DNA of 64,000 bases. Origin: an uncultured delta proteobacterium (GTDB taxonomy: Bacteria; Desulfobacterota; Deferrimicrobia; Deferrimicrobiales; Deferrimicrobiaceae). The notes under the pieces were generated by a model, which did not search any database, had not been told where the DNA came from, and saw only the letters and a list, made by a program, of their open reading frames with translations. Position numbers and translations under genes: made by a program. The DNA lies in NCBI GenBank assembly GCA_963770975.1, contig CAVYRM010000001.1:10236-74235 (forward strand). Direction: 5' to 3'. The first letter of the stretch is position 1, and each line of letters opens with the position of its first letter. This document shows positions 1 through 9,219 of this stretch, piece by piece.

Positions 1-1
1 C

Positions 2-811
2 GTGCCGGAGGATTCGGTCTTCTCCCTCCGGGGGCGGGGGATCGATCCGTGGGAGCTGTACCGGCAGGGGGTCGTCAGGCTGCAGGACGTCCCGCTCGAT
101 TCCCTCAACCTGATGCAGAGGATGCAGGCCGAGTATTTCCTGGACAGGAAATCGCACGCGGATCCCGCGAAGATCCGGGAGTTCCTGAAGAAGATCCGGT
201 ACCCGGTCTGCTTCCTCGATTTCGAGACCTTCGCATCCGCCATCCCGCGGTTCGACGGGACCCGGCCGTACCAGCAGGTGCCGTTCCAGTTTTCCCTGCA
301 CCGCATCGACGCGGCGGGGAAGGAGGCGCTGCACCTCGAATACCTTGCGCAGCCCGGCAAGGACCCCCGGGAGGAGATCGCGGAAAAGCTGCTGGACGGG
401 ATCCCGGAAGGTGCGTGCGTGCTCGTTTACAACATGGCCTTCGAGAAGCGGGTGCTGCGGGAGCTGGGGGAATCGGTCCCGAAGCTCCGGAAGCGCCTGA
501 ACGCGGTTTCCGAAGGGGTGGTCGACCTGATGGATCCGTTCAAGCGGCGGGACGTCTACCACTGGCGGATGAACGGCTCGTACTCCCTGAAATCGGTCCT
601 GCCGGTGCTGGTGCCGGAGATGACGTACGAAGGGATGGAAATCAGCAACGGCGCGATGGCGTCGGAGGCGTACTTCGCCATGGCGGAGATCGCCGGTCCG
701 GCAGAGCTGTCCCGGCTGCGCAAGGCGCTGCTGGAATACTGCAGGCAGGACACGCTGGGCCTCGTCCGCCTGCTGGAGAAGTTACGGGAGGTGGCGGGGA
801 CCGGGAGATGA
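2..811 (+). CDS. DUF2779-like protein, C-terminal 269 aa (5' end outside window), with DEDD/DnaQ-like exonuclease-type acidic motifs
   Basis: ORF open at the window edge, stop TGA 809-811. Motifs VCFLDFET, VYNMAFEKRVL and YCRQDTLGLV resemble ExoI/II/III motifs. Family name recalled from memory, not searched. Confidence 0.6.
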   Translation: MPEDSVFSLRGRGIDPWELYRQGVVRLQDVPLDSLNLMQRMQAEYFLDRKSHADPAKIREFLKKIRYPVCFLDFETFASAIPRFDGTRPYQQVPFQFSLHRIDAAGKEALHLEYLAQPGKDPREEIAEKLLDGIPEGACVLVYNMAFEKRVLRELGESVPKLRKRLNAVSEGVVDLMDPFKRRDVYHWRMNGSYSLKSVLPVLVPEMTYEGMEISNGAMASEAYFAMAEIAGPAELSRLRKALLEYCRQDTLGLVRLLEKLREVAGTGR

Positions 812-833
812 CGGTTCCCGGGAAGGGGCTCCG

Positions 834-2450
834 TCAGTCTTCCATGGCGGACCGCGATACGAATTCGTGATGGGTCTTGATCGTCGCCAGTCCCTTGTCG
901 TATTGCGTTTCCGCCATCAGCCTCCCCGAAAGAACGTGCGCCTGGAAGTCGAGAACGATCTCGTTCCATGAGATTTCATAGTCCACATTGAACAGCTTCC
1001 TGTAGATGTACGTGTTTTTCCCCACCGAACTTCCGCATCCGAAAATCTGGATCGGTCCGTTTTTCAGCAGATGTTCGGGGATCTTCCCCGCGATGGGAAT
1101 GTGCTTGTGGCCGTGAAGGATCACCTTCACGCCGTGGGAGTCGCAGAAGCGGACGAATTCTTCCGCGTTCCCCAGGCCGTCCATGTGTTCATAGGCAAAA
1201 CTGATATATTTTCGCAATGATGCACCAAGAGTCTTCATGTGAAACCTTCGCATCTCCGGATCGATCCTGCGGAACTGGAGGGGATGATGGTGCAGCAGGG
1301 AGATCAGCACGGGATGGGTGTTTCCGCCGGGAAAAGGATGCAGGTGTTCCTCTATGGCCCTGTATTGCGCCCCCGTGATTTTCCCCCGCGCCATCCTGCC
1401 GCCATCGGCGGAATTCCAGCAGAGAATCCCGACCGGATGTTCCGGGATCCATTCGATCCGGGTATCGAAAGCGGGAGCCAGCGAGGAGGAAGCGGATCGA
1501 TTTCTCAGTACCCCTTTTTTTCGCACGTCGTGATTACCGAGTACGAAGATCGGCTCCTTGCCGGAAGGATGCAGGTCTTTCAGGTAATCATGGAAGTCGT
1601 TCGCGCAGATCACGTTGCCTTCGTCCGGCGTCTGCAGGATGTCTCCGCTCAACAGGAACCGCACGGACGAATCGCCCTGGTGGTCGTTCACGTACTCCTT
1701 CAGGAGGCTCTTTACCCGCGTGATCCTCTCGATCGATTGTTTACAACCGATATGGGTGTCGCTCAGATGGAGCAGCGTCAGCCGGGAAACCCCATCGGTC
1801 CTGCAGGAAGGGAAGGCGTCCAGGTAATCGCGCGCCAGGAGGCGTCCCGGTGCGTTCGTGAGGTCGTCCTCCCTGGAGAATACCCAGTGGACGGCATCTT
1901 CCGCCCTATCCGCCGGAAGGGGCAGGAACAGCGGATCGTCGCTCCTGCGCCAAAGCAGGATTCCCGGCCAGCGGGTGGATTTCGCCAGGGCGGCCTGGAA
2001 GGGCGGGTATACGTCCGTGACGGCGAAATCCTCATGGGAAGCTTCCTTCAGGTGAAGGATGAGGTGGGGGTCGCTCTTGACGGTACGGGACAGGTGCGAC
2101 AGGAAATGCCTTGATGTCAACAGCCGGTCGGCCGGGTGGGATTTCAGGAACCCGGACGGGATGAGCACCGCGGTCCATCGCCTCTTCGAAAAGATTTCCC
2201 GCAGGTCCATGACGATATCATCGAAACGGTGGTGTGGGCTGGACCGGACGGCGTCCCTCATGCGAACCGCTTTTTCGGCGATCTTCGCGTTCGACGGACC
2301 GTGGAAATACAGCCCGTCGATGAGATTCCCGAGGAACACGACCAGCGTTTCCCTTACGAGATTCGGATCCGCGATGTCGGGGACCTGGTTGCGCCGGTCC
2401 AGGACGTAGGAAATCCAGTTGGCAGACTGCAGGTTGAATCGTTCCTCCAC
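834..2450 (-). CDS. metallophosphoesterase (calcineurin-like) with an unassigned ~230-aa N-terminal domain
   Basis: 538-aa ORF. The C-terminal half carries LHLSDTH, SGD, GNHD, HHHP and GHKH metal-binding motifs. GTG start 2448-2450 is preceded by GGAGG. GC is lower than in the neighbours. Confidence 0.75.
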   Translation of the reverse strand: MEERFNLQSANWISYVLDRRNQVPDIADPNLVRETLVVFLGNLIDGLYFHGPSNAKIAEKAVRMRDAVRSSPHHRFDDIVMDLREIFSKRRWTAVLIPSGFLKSHPADRLLTSRHFLSHLSRTVKSDPHLILHLKEASHEDFAVTDVYPPFQAALAKSTRWPGILLWRRSDDPLFLPLPADRAEDAVHWVFSREDDLTNAPGRLLARDYLDAFPSCRTDGVSRLTLLHLSDTHIGCKQSIERITRVKSLLKEYVNDHQGDSSVRFLLSGDILQTPDEGNVICANDFHDYLKDLHPSGKEPIFVLGNHDVRKKGVLRNRSASSSLAPAFDTRIEWIPEHPVGILCWNSADGGRMARGKITGAQYRAIEEHLHPFPGGNTHPVLISLLHHHPLQFRRIDPEMRRFHMKTLGASLRKYISFAYEHMDGLGNAEEFVRFCDSHGVKVILHGHKHIPIAGKIPEHLLKNGPIQIFGCGSSVGKNTYIYRKLFNVDYEISWNEIVLDFQAHVLSGRLMAETQYDKGLATIKTHHEFVSRSAMED

Positions 2451-2462
2451 CCGGGCCTCCGG

Positions 2463-3098
2463 TTACGATTTTTCTTCGAAGATCTTATTCGCCGCTTCGC
2501 GCAGCATCTCCAACGGGACGGCGCCTTCGAGGATCCACCGGCCGTTGACGATGAAGGTGGGGATCCCCGTGATGCCGATCCGCACGGCGGCTTCCCGGTC
2601 GCGGGCCAGCCGTTTCCCGTAGGCCGCGTCGGACCAGGCCTGCTCGCGTCGCCCGGCGGGGACGCCCGCTGCCTGCGCCAGGTCCCGGAGAACCTGCGTG
2701 TCCCCGATGTTTCTCCTCTCGGTGAAGTAGGCGCGGAACAGCCCTTCGTTGAGCGTCTGGAATACCTCCGTTCCCTCTTCCATCGCCGCCGCCGCGAGGA
2801 GGAGGGCCTTGTGGGAATTCGTCGTGAAGGATCTCTCGGAGAAAACGATCCCCTCCGGCCTCCCCATCCGCTCGAGGTTCTCCATCATCCGGGCCCATTG
2901 GCCGGGGGGGTAGCCCAGCTCGGATACCGGCCTTCCCTCCGGGGGGGTCTCCGGGTGGATCTCCAGGAACCGCCGCTCCAGGCGCACGTCGAATTCCTCC
3001 TTGAGACGGGCGAGACGCCTCTCGCCCACGTAGCAGAACGGTCAGATGTAGTCGGTGAACACCGTCAGCGGCAGCACGGGCTTTTCCTCGGCGGGCAT
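2463..3098 (-). CDS. DsbA/FrnE-like thiol:disulfide oxidoreductase, probable selenoprotein (in-frame TGA at 3042-3044 read as Sec)
   Basis: ATG at 3098 gives MPAEEKPVLPLTVFTDYI-TGA-PFCYVGERRL..., joining in frame to the 188-aa ORF 2463..3029. The TGA replaces the first Cys of the D-x-x-C-P-[FW]-C-Y-[IV]-G motif. A hairpin lies 14 nt downstream. Confidence 0.7.
3008..3027 (-). promoter_or_regulatory. candidate bacterial SECIS hairpin (GGGCGAGA-GGCG-UCUCGCCC)
   Basis: Perfect 8-bp GC-rich stem with a 4-nt loop starting with GG, beginning 15 nt after the TGA at 3042-3044 on the mRNA strand. Confidence 0.55.
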
Positions 3099-3173
3099 GG
3101 ATGGCACACCTCCTCGTTCGCGATCATCAGGAGTACGAAGCCGTCGGCGGAACAAAGTTTCGGTCCGATCCGC

Positions 3174-3980
3174 CTAGTTGACGCTTTCCGCGCTGTATCG
3201 TGCGAGCAGCCCGGTGCGCACTGCATGGCGATGGATGCGGGTGAAAAACCATGACGCCAGCACGATGTACAGTGCAGCGAGAGCGGCGCTCCATGCCAGC
3301 GCGGATCCCCGGTACGCCCCGCCCGTGACGATCGCCCGCATCCCCTCGAACACGTAGGACGGGGGCAACAGGTACGAAATCTCCTGCATCCATCGCGGGA
3401 GCGTGGACACGGGGTAGAAGACCGCGGCGAAGGGGGAGATGAAGGCGGGGACGGGCCAGACGATCCACTCGGACGCCGGCCCGAACCGGAGCACCAGCGC
3501 GCTGGCGAAGATCCCAAGCGCGATCCCGAACAGGAAGAGGACGAGGAGGAACGGCACGAGCATGAGGCCGTAGACGAAGAAGGAGAGCCCGAATACCGCG
3601 GCCGACAGGACGAGCATCGTGAGGAGCCCCAAAGAACTCGTCGCGATGCTCGTGATCACGAGGCCGCAGACGTACTCCCCGATCGAGAGCGACGACGCGA
3701 AGAGGTTGAGGAAGTTGCGGGACCAGACATCCTCGAGGAACGCCATCGACACGCCGTGCATGACCCGCGTGAAGAAGTCCCAGAGGAGGACGGCGCCCAG
3801 GAGCATCGGGACGAAATCGAAGCCGGGAGAGGCGACCGTGTTGAGGTACCGGGTGATGAATCCCCACAGCACGATGTCGATGGCGACCCAGGCGAAGAGA
3901 GGCAGCACGCGCACCGGGCTGCCGCGCAGAAGGTAATACTGCCGAAGCACGATCGCCGCGGTGCGGTGGAAGAGGAACAT
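3174..3980 (-). CDS. ABC-2 type transporter permease
   Basis: 268-aa polytopic hydrophobic ORF directly downstream of the ABC ATPase (4-nt gap). Typical ABC-2 N-terminus: RQYYLLRGSP... Confidence 0.8.
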   Translation of the reverse strand: MFLFHRTAAIVLRQYYLLRGSPVRVLPLFAWVAIDIVLWGFITRYLNTVASPGFDFVPMLLGAVLLWDFFTRVMHGVSMAFLEDVWSRNFLNLFASSLSIGEYVCGLVITSIATSSLGLLTMLVLSAAVFGLSFFVYGLMLVPFLLVLFLFGIALGIFASALVLRFGPASEWIVWPVPAFISPFAAVFYPVSTLPRWMQEISYLLPPSYVFEGMRAIVTGGAYRGSALAWSAALAALYIVLASWFFTRIHRHAVRTGLLARYSAESVN

Positions 3981-3983
3981 GCG

Positions 3984-4727
3984 TCAGGTCCGGTCGAGCG
4001 TGAGCGGCTCGCGCGCCACGGTGATGAAAAGCGCCTCGAGCGTCTCCTTGCCGTGCTCGTGCGGCAAGGTCCTCGGGTCTCCTTCGAGAAGGATCCTCCC
4101 GTGGGACAGGAACAGCACGCGGTCGCAGACGTCCGCCACCTCGTACATGTTGTGCGTGGTCCAGAGCACGGCCACCTTGTCCCGCGAGACGAACTCGCGG
4201 ATCTTCGCGCGGATCTCGCTCGCAGCCGCGGGGTCGAGCGATGCCGTCGGTTCGTCGAGGAGCAGGAGGCGCGGGCGATTGAGCAACGCCTTGGCGAGGC
4301 ATACGCGCGTTTGCTCTCCCGACGAGAGAATGCCGCACTTGGCGCGTCGCAGTTCCTTGAGATCGAACTGATCCAGGAGCGTCTCGATGCGCTCCGAAAG
4401 GTCTCTTACCCCGTACATCAGGCCGAATACGCGCAGGTTCTGGTACACGGTCAGGTTTCCGGGAAGGGGGGCATGGACGGCGGCGAAATTCGTGTTCTCC
4501 AGCGCCCGGGACCGGCTGGAGACGATGTCCTCCCCCTCGATGCGGATCGTCCCGGAGGTCGGCTCGAGGACACCCAGGACCATGTTGATGGTCGTCGTCT
4601 TCCCGGCGCCGTTCGGCCCCAGGAGGCCGACGATCTCCTCCCGTCCCACCTCGAACGAGACGTCGTCGACCGCGATCGTGTTCCCGTACTTCCTTCGCAA
4701 CCGGTTGACGGAGAGCACCTTCGGCAT
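3984..4727 (-). CDS. ABC transporter ATP-binding protein
   Basis: Walker A GPNGAGKTT, signature LSSGEQ, Walker B LLLLDEP, H-loop TTHNM. AGGAGG upstream of the ATG. Confidence 0.9.
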   Translation of the reverse strand: MPKVLSVNRLRRKYGNTIAVDDVSFEVGREEIVGLLGPNGAGKTTTINMVLGVLEPTSGTIRIEGEDIVSSRSRALENTNFAAVHAPLPGNLTVYQNLRVFGLMYGVRDLSERIETLLDQFDLKELRRAKCGILSSGEQTRVCLAKALLNRPRLLLLDEPTASLDPAAASEIRAKIREFVSRDKVAVLWTTHNMYEVADVCDRVLFLSHGRILLEGDPRTLPHEHGKETLEALFITVAREPLTLDRT

Positions 4728-4756
4728 CGCGGGATCCCCTGGAATGCGGGTGCCTC

Positions 4757-4816
4757 CTACTTCGACCGCTTCCCCAGCAGGAATGCGAGAAGGCGAAAAA
4801 TTATAAGCGAATTCAT
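4757..4816 (-). CDS. possible 19-aa hydrophobic peptide (MNSLIIFRLLAFLLGKRSK) upstream of the ABC transporter
   Basis: ATG is preceded by AAGGAGG with a 7-nt spacing. Stop lies 29 nt before the ABC ATPase start. No homology evidence. Confidence 0.25.
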   Translation of the reverse strand: MNSLIIFRLLAFLLGKRSK

Positions 4817-4922
4817 GGGCTTGCCTCCTTTTCGGCCAAAAGGGGGACCTTGCCGCCGTTCACTCTGAAAGTATACATCGTATCCTCCCCACCCGTGGTC
4901 CTTCCTTGGCCGGCCCGAACTG

Positions 4923-4950
4923 TTGACATTTTTTACAGCGCTTGTAATAT
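4923..4950 (+). promoter_or_regulatory. sigma-70-like promoter (TTGACA-16 nt-TAATAT)
   Basis: Consensus -35 at 4923-4928 and near-consensus -10 at 4945-4950, in the AT-rich intergenic region upstream of the 5114 gene and ppsA. Confidence 0.45.
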
Positions 4951-5113
4951 TACGATTAGCCATTAGTTATCAATTACATATACTGTGTTACTTAAACCAT
5001 TTCTGCATCCATGGATCGATGGGCGTTCCGGCGGGTATCGGCCCGGAAGGGGTCCATGGAGTATAATCATCTTTCGAAGCAGATCAGCAGACAGCCCGCC
5101 CTGGAGATCGGCC

Positions 5114-5818
5114 ATGCGTGAGAGAAACGGGGTCCGATACATCATCAAGGTGTTCGAGGCCCAGTGGGATCAACTGCACGACGAAACCGTCAAGCCCTTC
5201 TTCGAGCAGTTGAAGCGGGATACGAACGAGACGTACATGCGGCGCAGCGGGGTGCATCATGGTATGCCCGGGCATGACGCGTTGTTCAGCTACGTCGTAT
5301 TCCAGAACGCGGAAGGGTTGAAGGACGCGCTGTACCGGTACGACCAGGGGATGGACCATCGCAGGAAGATCGGCTACTTCGCCTGCCACGGGAAGCGTGG
5401 GGTCATCAGCGCGGCGCAGGACATCAGCCGACGACGGCTCAAGAACATCCTGGCGCCCCTCACCAGCTACGACGGGCTGTATTTCGGGGCCTGCGATTTC
5501 GTCAACCGGAAGACGGCCGAGGTGCTCCTCGGCGGTTCGCAAATGACGTGGATCGCCGGATACGAAAACTGGACTCCGTGGCTGGAGGGGATGCTGTGCG
5601 ACATGATGTTTTTCCGGCTCCTGCTGAGCGGTCGGTTCGTGCGCCCGAAGATGAACGCCCGGTGGGAGCCGATCAAGCGGCCCGACGAGGTGGCGCACCG
5701 ACTCTATGAACAGTTCCCCCAGGCCGTGGACCTTCGTTTTTCCCTGTTCTACCGGAAACCGGACCGGATCTGCTCCACGCTGGAAGAGCATTTCGAAAAG
5801 GACGGCGAGGTGTCGTAG
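5114..5818 (+). CDS. hypothetical protein with a caspase/CHAT-like His...Cys dyad signature
   Basis: 234-aa ORF starting at ATG 5114. Strand-like IGYFACHG is followed 35 residues later by GLYFGACDF. Its stop TAG overlaps the ppsA GTG (TAGTG at 5816-5820). Confidence 0.55.
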   Translation: MRERNGVRYIIKVFEAQWDQLHDETVKPFFEQLKRDTNETYMRRSGVHHGMPGHDALFSYVVFQNAEGLKDALYRYDQGMDHRRKIGYFACHGKRGVISAAQDISRRRLKNILAPLTSYDGLYFGACDFVNRKTAEVLLGGSQMTWIAGYENWTPWLEGMLCDMMFFRLLLSGRFVRPKMNARWEPIKRPDEVAHRLYEQFPQAVDLRFSLFYRKPDRICSTLEEHFEKDGEVS

Positions 5819-8231
5819 TGGACACCTACCGGTACATCCGATGGTTCGGGGAGCTTTCGTTGGGGGACGTCCCGTTGGTGGGGGGGAAGAACGCCTCCCT
5901 CGGGGAGCTGTACCGGGAACTGGTCCCCAAGGGAGTGAAGGTCCCGAACGGCTTTGCCGTGACCGCGCAGGCGTACACGGACCTCGTGTTCTCCGCGGGG
6001 ATCCTTCCGGAGATGGAGCAGTTGGTCGCGGGGCTTTCCCGGGACGACCTCGAGGAGTTCGCCCGCAGGGGGCGCCGGCTCCGGGAACTGATCTACCAGG
6101 CCCCCCTTCCAAGGGGTCTTCACGATGAGATCGCATCCGCTTACGGCACGTTGTGCGCGGAATACGGGGAGAACACGGACGTGGCGGTGCGGTCGAGCGC
6201 CACGGCCGAAGACCTTCCCACGGCCTCATTCGCCGGGCAGCAGGAATCGTACCTGAACATCCGCGGGATGGCGCAGCTTATCGACGCCTGCCGCCGCTGT
6301 TTCGCCTCGCTCTTCACGGACCGGGCCCTCTCGTATCGGATGGACCAGGGGTTCGACCATTTCCGGGTGGCCCTCTCCGTGGGGGTGATGAAGATGGTCC
6401 GCTCGGACCTCGCCTCGAGCGGCGTGATCTTCACGCTGGACACGGAGTCGGGGTTCCGGGACGTGGTCCTCATCAACGCCTCCTGGGGGTTGGGCGAGAA
6501 CGTCGTCCAGGGGGCCGTCAACCCGGACGAGTTCCTCGTGTTCAAGCCGACCCTGAAGGAGGGATACCGGCCCGTCATCGGGAGGAAGCTCGGCGAGAAG
6601 AAGATCAAGATGATCTACGGGACCGGCACCACGAAGGTCCTGACCCGGAACGTGGAGGTTCCGAAGGAGGACCGGCGCACGTTCTGCCTTGCGGAGGAGG
6701 AGGTGCTGGCCCTCGCGCGGCACGCCGTGGCGATCGAGGAGCATTACACCGCGAAGGCCGGCCGGGACACGCCCATGGACATCGAGTGGGCCAAGGATGG
6801 GGTCACCGGGGAGATCTTCATCGTCCAGGCCCGCCCGGAAACGGTGCAGTCCCGGAAGCGGATGGACTTCCTCGAGATCTACCGGCTGGAGGGGAAGGGA
6901 TCGGCCCTGGTCCAGGGAGTGGCCGTGGGGGAGAAGATCGCGGCGGGCCCGGCGCGGGTGATCACGGACGTGCATCGCCTCAAGGAGTTCCGGCCGGGGG
7001 AGGTCCTGTTGGCCGACACCACGACGCCGGACTGGGAGCCGGTGATGAAGAAAGCGGCGGCGATCGTCACGAACCGGGGCGGCCGGACGTGCCACGCCGC
7101 CATCGTGAGCCGCGAGCTGGGCATCCCTTCCCTCGTCGGCACGGGGGACGCCACCGTGAAGGTCGCCTCCGGCAGGAAGATCACGGTGTCCTGCGCGGAA
7201 GGGGAGACGGGCACCGTGTACGACGGCATCCTCCCGTTCCGCGTGGAGAAGGTCGACCTCTCCGACCTTCCGCGTCCCCGCACGAAGATCATGATGAACC
7301 TGGGGAACCCGGAGGAGGCGTTCTCCCTCTCCCGGATCCCCAACGACGGCGTCGGTCTCGCCCGGATGGAGTTCATCATCGGCAACCACATCAAGGTCCA
7401 CCCCATGGCGCTGGTCCACCCGGAGCGGATCGCGGAGGAGAAGGATCGGCAGGCGATCGAGGAACTCACCTCCGGCAGCCCGGACAAGGAGAGCTACTTC
7501 GTGGAGCGACTTGCGGAGGGGATCGGGACGATCGCGGCGGCCTTCCACCCCCGGCCCGTCGTGGTCCGCCTCTCCGATTTCAAGACGAACGAGTATGCCT
7601 CGCTGATCGGCGGGAAGGCGTTCGAGCCCGTGGAGGAGAACCCGATGATCGGGTTCCGGGGCGCTTCCCGCTATTACGATCCCCGGTACCGGGAGGGATT
7701 CGCCCTGGAGTGCCGGGCGATCCGCCGGGTGCGGGATGTCATGGGGCTTCGAAACGTGATCCCGATGATCCCGTTCTGCCGTACCGTGGCCGAAGGGGAG
7801 AAGGTCCTCGTGGAGATGGCCGTGAACGGCCTCGTGCGCGGCAAGGACGATTTGAAGGTGTACGTCATGTGCGAGATCCCGAACAACGTGATCCTCATCG
7901 ACGCCTTCAGCCGCCTCTTCGACGGCTTCTCCATCGGCTCGAACGACCTCACCCAGCTTACGCTGGGCGTGGACCGGGACTCGGCCCTGGTGGCCCACGT
8001 GTTCGACGAGCGGGATCCGGGGGTGATGGCGCTGATCTCCAGGGTCATCGAGGGGGGCGGCGGAACCGGGTGCACAGCGGGATCTGCGGTCAAGCCCCGA
8101 GCGACTACCCCGACTTTGCCGCCTTCCTCGTCCGGGAGGGGATCGATTCCATCTCCCTCAATCCCGATTCCGTGCTGAAGATCACGCTGCGGGTCCTCGA
8201 GATGGAGAAGGAGGTCGGGAACGCCCGGTGA
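5818..8231 (+). pseudogene. ppsA: phosphoenolpyruvate synthase (pyruvate, water dikinase), frame broken once near the 3' end as sequenced
   Basis: N-terminus YIRWFGELSLGDVPLVGGKNASLGE and full-length PpsA-like sequence. The last ~58 codons ([34 protein letters not shown]) sit in the frame of ORF 6153..8231. The switch is at G-run 8052-8057, which looks one G short. Confidence 0.9.
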
Positions 8232-8252
8232 TCCGTCGCGGGTCGGCGGGAG

Positions 8253-9110
8253 TCAGTACGGCACCGGGGGGCGTTGCTCCTCGCCCGGGCCGGGCGTGAT
8301 GATCCCGACGATCTCGTTGGCGATGATCTCGACCGGCTTGTCCGTGACGTCGACCACGGAAAATCCGCCTTCCCGGCAGATCCTCCTCGCGAATTCGATC
8401 TCCGCGAGGACCGCGGATGGGTCGGAGTAGGCCGAAGCGCCGGTTCTTCCCATGTGCTCTTCCCGCTTCTTCCTGTACTCCAGAAGGCGTCCGTGCTCGA
8501 TGCTCAGGCCGATCACCTTGCCGCGGTCGATCCGGAACAGCTCGCCCGGCGGCGGGATCTCCCTGATGATCGGGATGTTTGCCACTTTCCACCCGTGCAC
8601 CGCCAGGTACATGCTCAACGGGGTCTTTCCGCACCGGGAGACGCCGATGAGGACGATGTCGGCGGACGGGATGTCGGTGGACCGGTTTCCGTCGTCGTGG
8701 GACACGGCGAAGTCGATGGCGTCGACCCGGTCGAAGTATTCCTTCCGCAGCTTCCGGTAGAGGCCGGGCTGCTCCAGGGGCTTCGCGCCGGTCCGCCCCG
8801 TCACCTGTTCGAGCAGGGGGCCCATCAGATCGATCGTCACGACCCCGAGCTTCCCGCCGAGACGGATGAGCGCTTCCCGCAAGGCCCCGTCCACCAGCGT
8901 GTGCACCACGACCCCACCGCCCGCGCCGGCCTCCTTCAAGGCGAGCTCCACCTGCCGGAGACTCCGGACGTGGCGCCTGACGATGACCGGCACCCGAAGC
9001 GTCGGGAACTGCGCGAGCGCGGTCTCGGCGATCTGCTGACCGCTTGCGCCCGAACCGCCGGAGACGATGTAGACCGGCGGCGGAGCGTCCTTCATCGACC
9101 CCTTCTTCAT
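8253..9110 (-). CDS. ppsR: PEP synthase regulatory protein (pyruvate, water dikinase kinase/phosphorylase, DUF299)
   Basis: 285 aa with the P-loop-like GVSRCGKTPLSMYLA and overall PpsR/YdiA-like sequence. Convergent with ppsA. Confidence 0.85.
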   Translation of the reverse strand: MKKGSMKDAPPPVYIVSGGSGASGQQIAETALAQFPTLRVPVIVRRHVRSLRQVELALKEAGAGGGVVVHTLVDGALREALIRLGGKLGVVTIDLMGPLLEQVTGRTGAKPLEQPGLYRKLRKEYFDRVDAIDFAVSHDDGNRSTDIPSADIVLIGVSRCGKTPLSMYLAVHGWKVANIPIIREIPPPGELFRIDRGKVIGLSIEHGRLLEYRKKREEHMGRTGASAYSDPSAVLAEIEFARRICREGGFSVVDVTDKPVEIIANEIVGIITPGPGEEQRPPVPY

Positions 9111-9219
9111 GCTTCAAATCTATCAGGTATTGTTTCTTGACGTACCGGGAAGAGCGGGGATATTTTCAATATAGACACGGTTTCCGTTCCCTTGGCGGCC
9201 TCGTACAACGGGGTGGACC

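Noticed and set aside
6153-8231. 692-aa alternative-frame ORF inside ppsA
   Set aside because: Only its last ~58 codons ([10 protein letters not shown]...) are genuine PpsA sequence, reached through the frame break at 8052-8057. The rest is shadow ORF.
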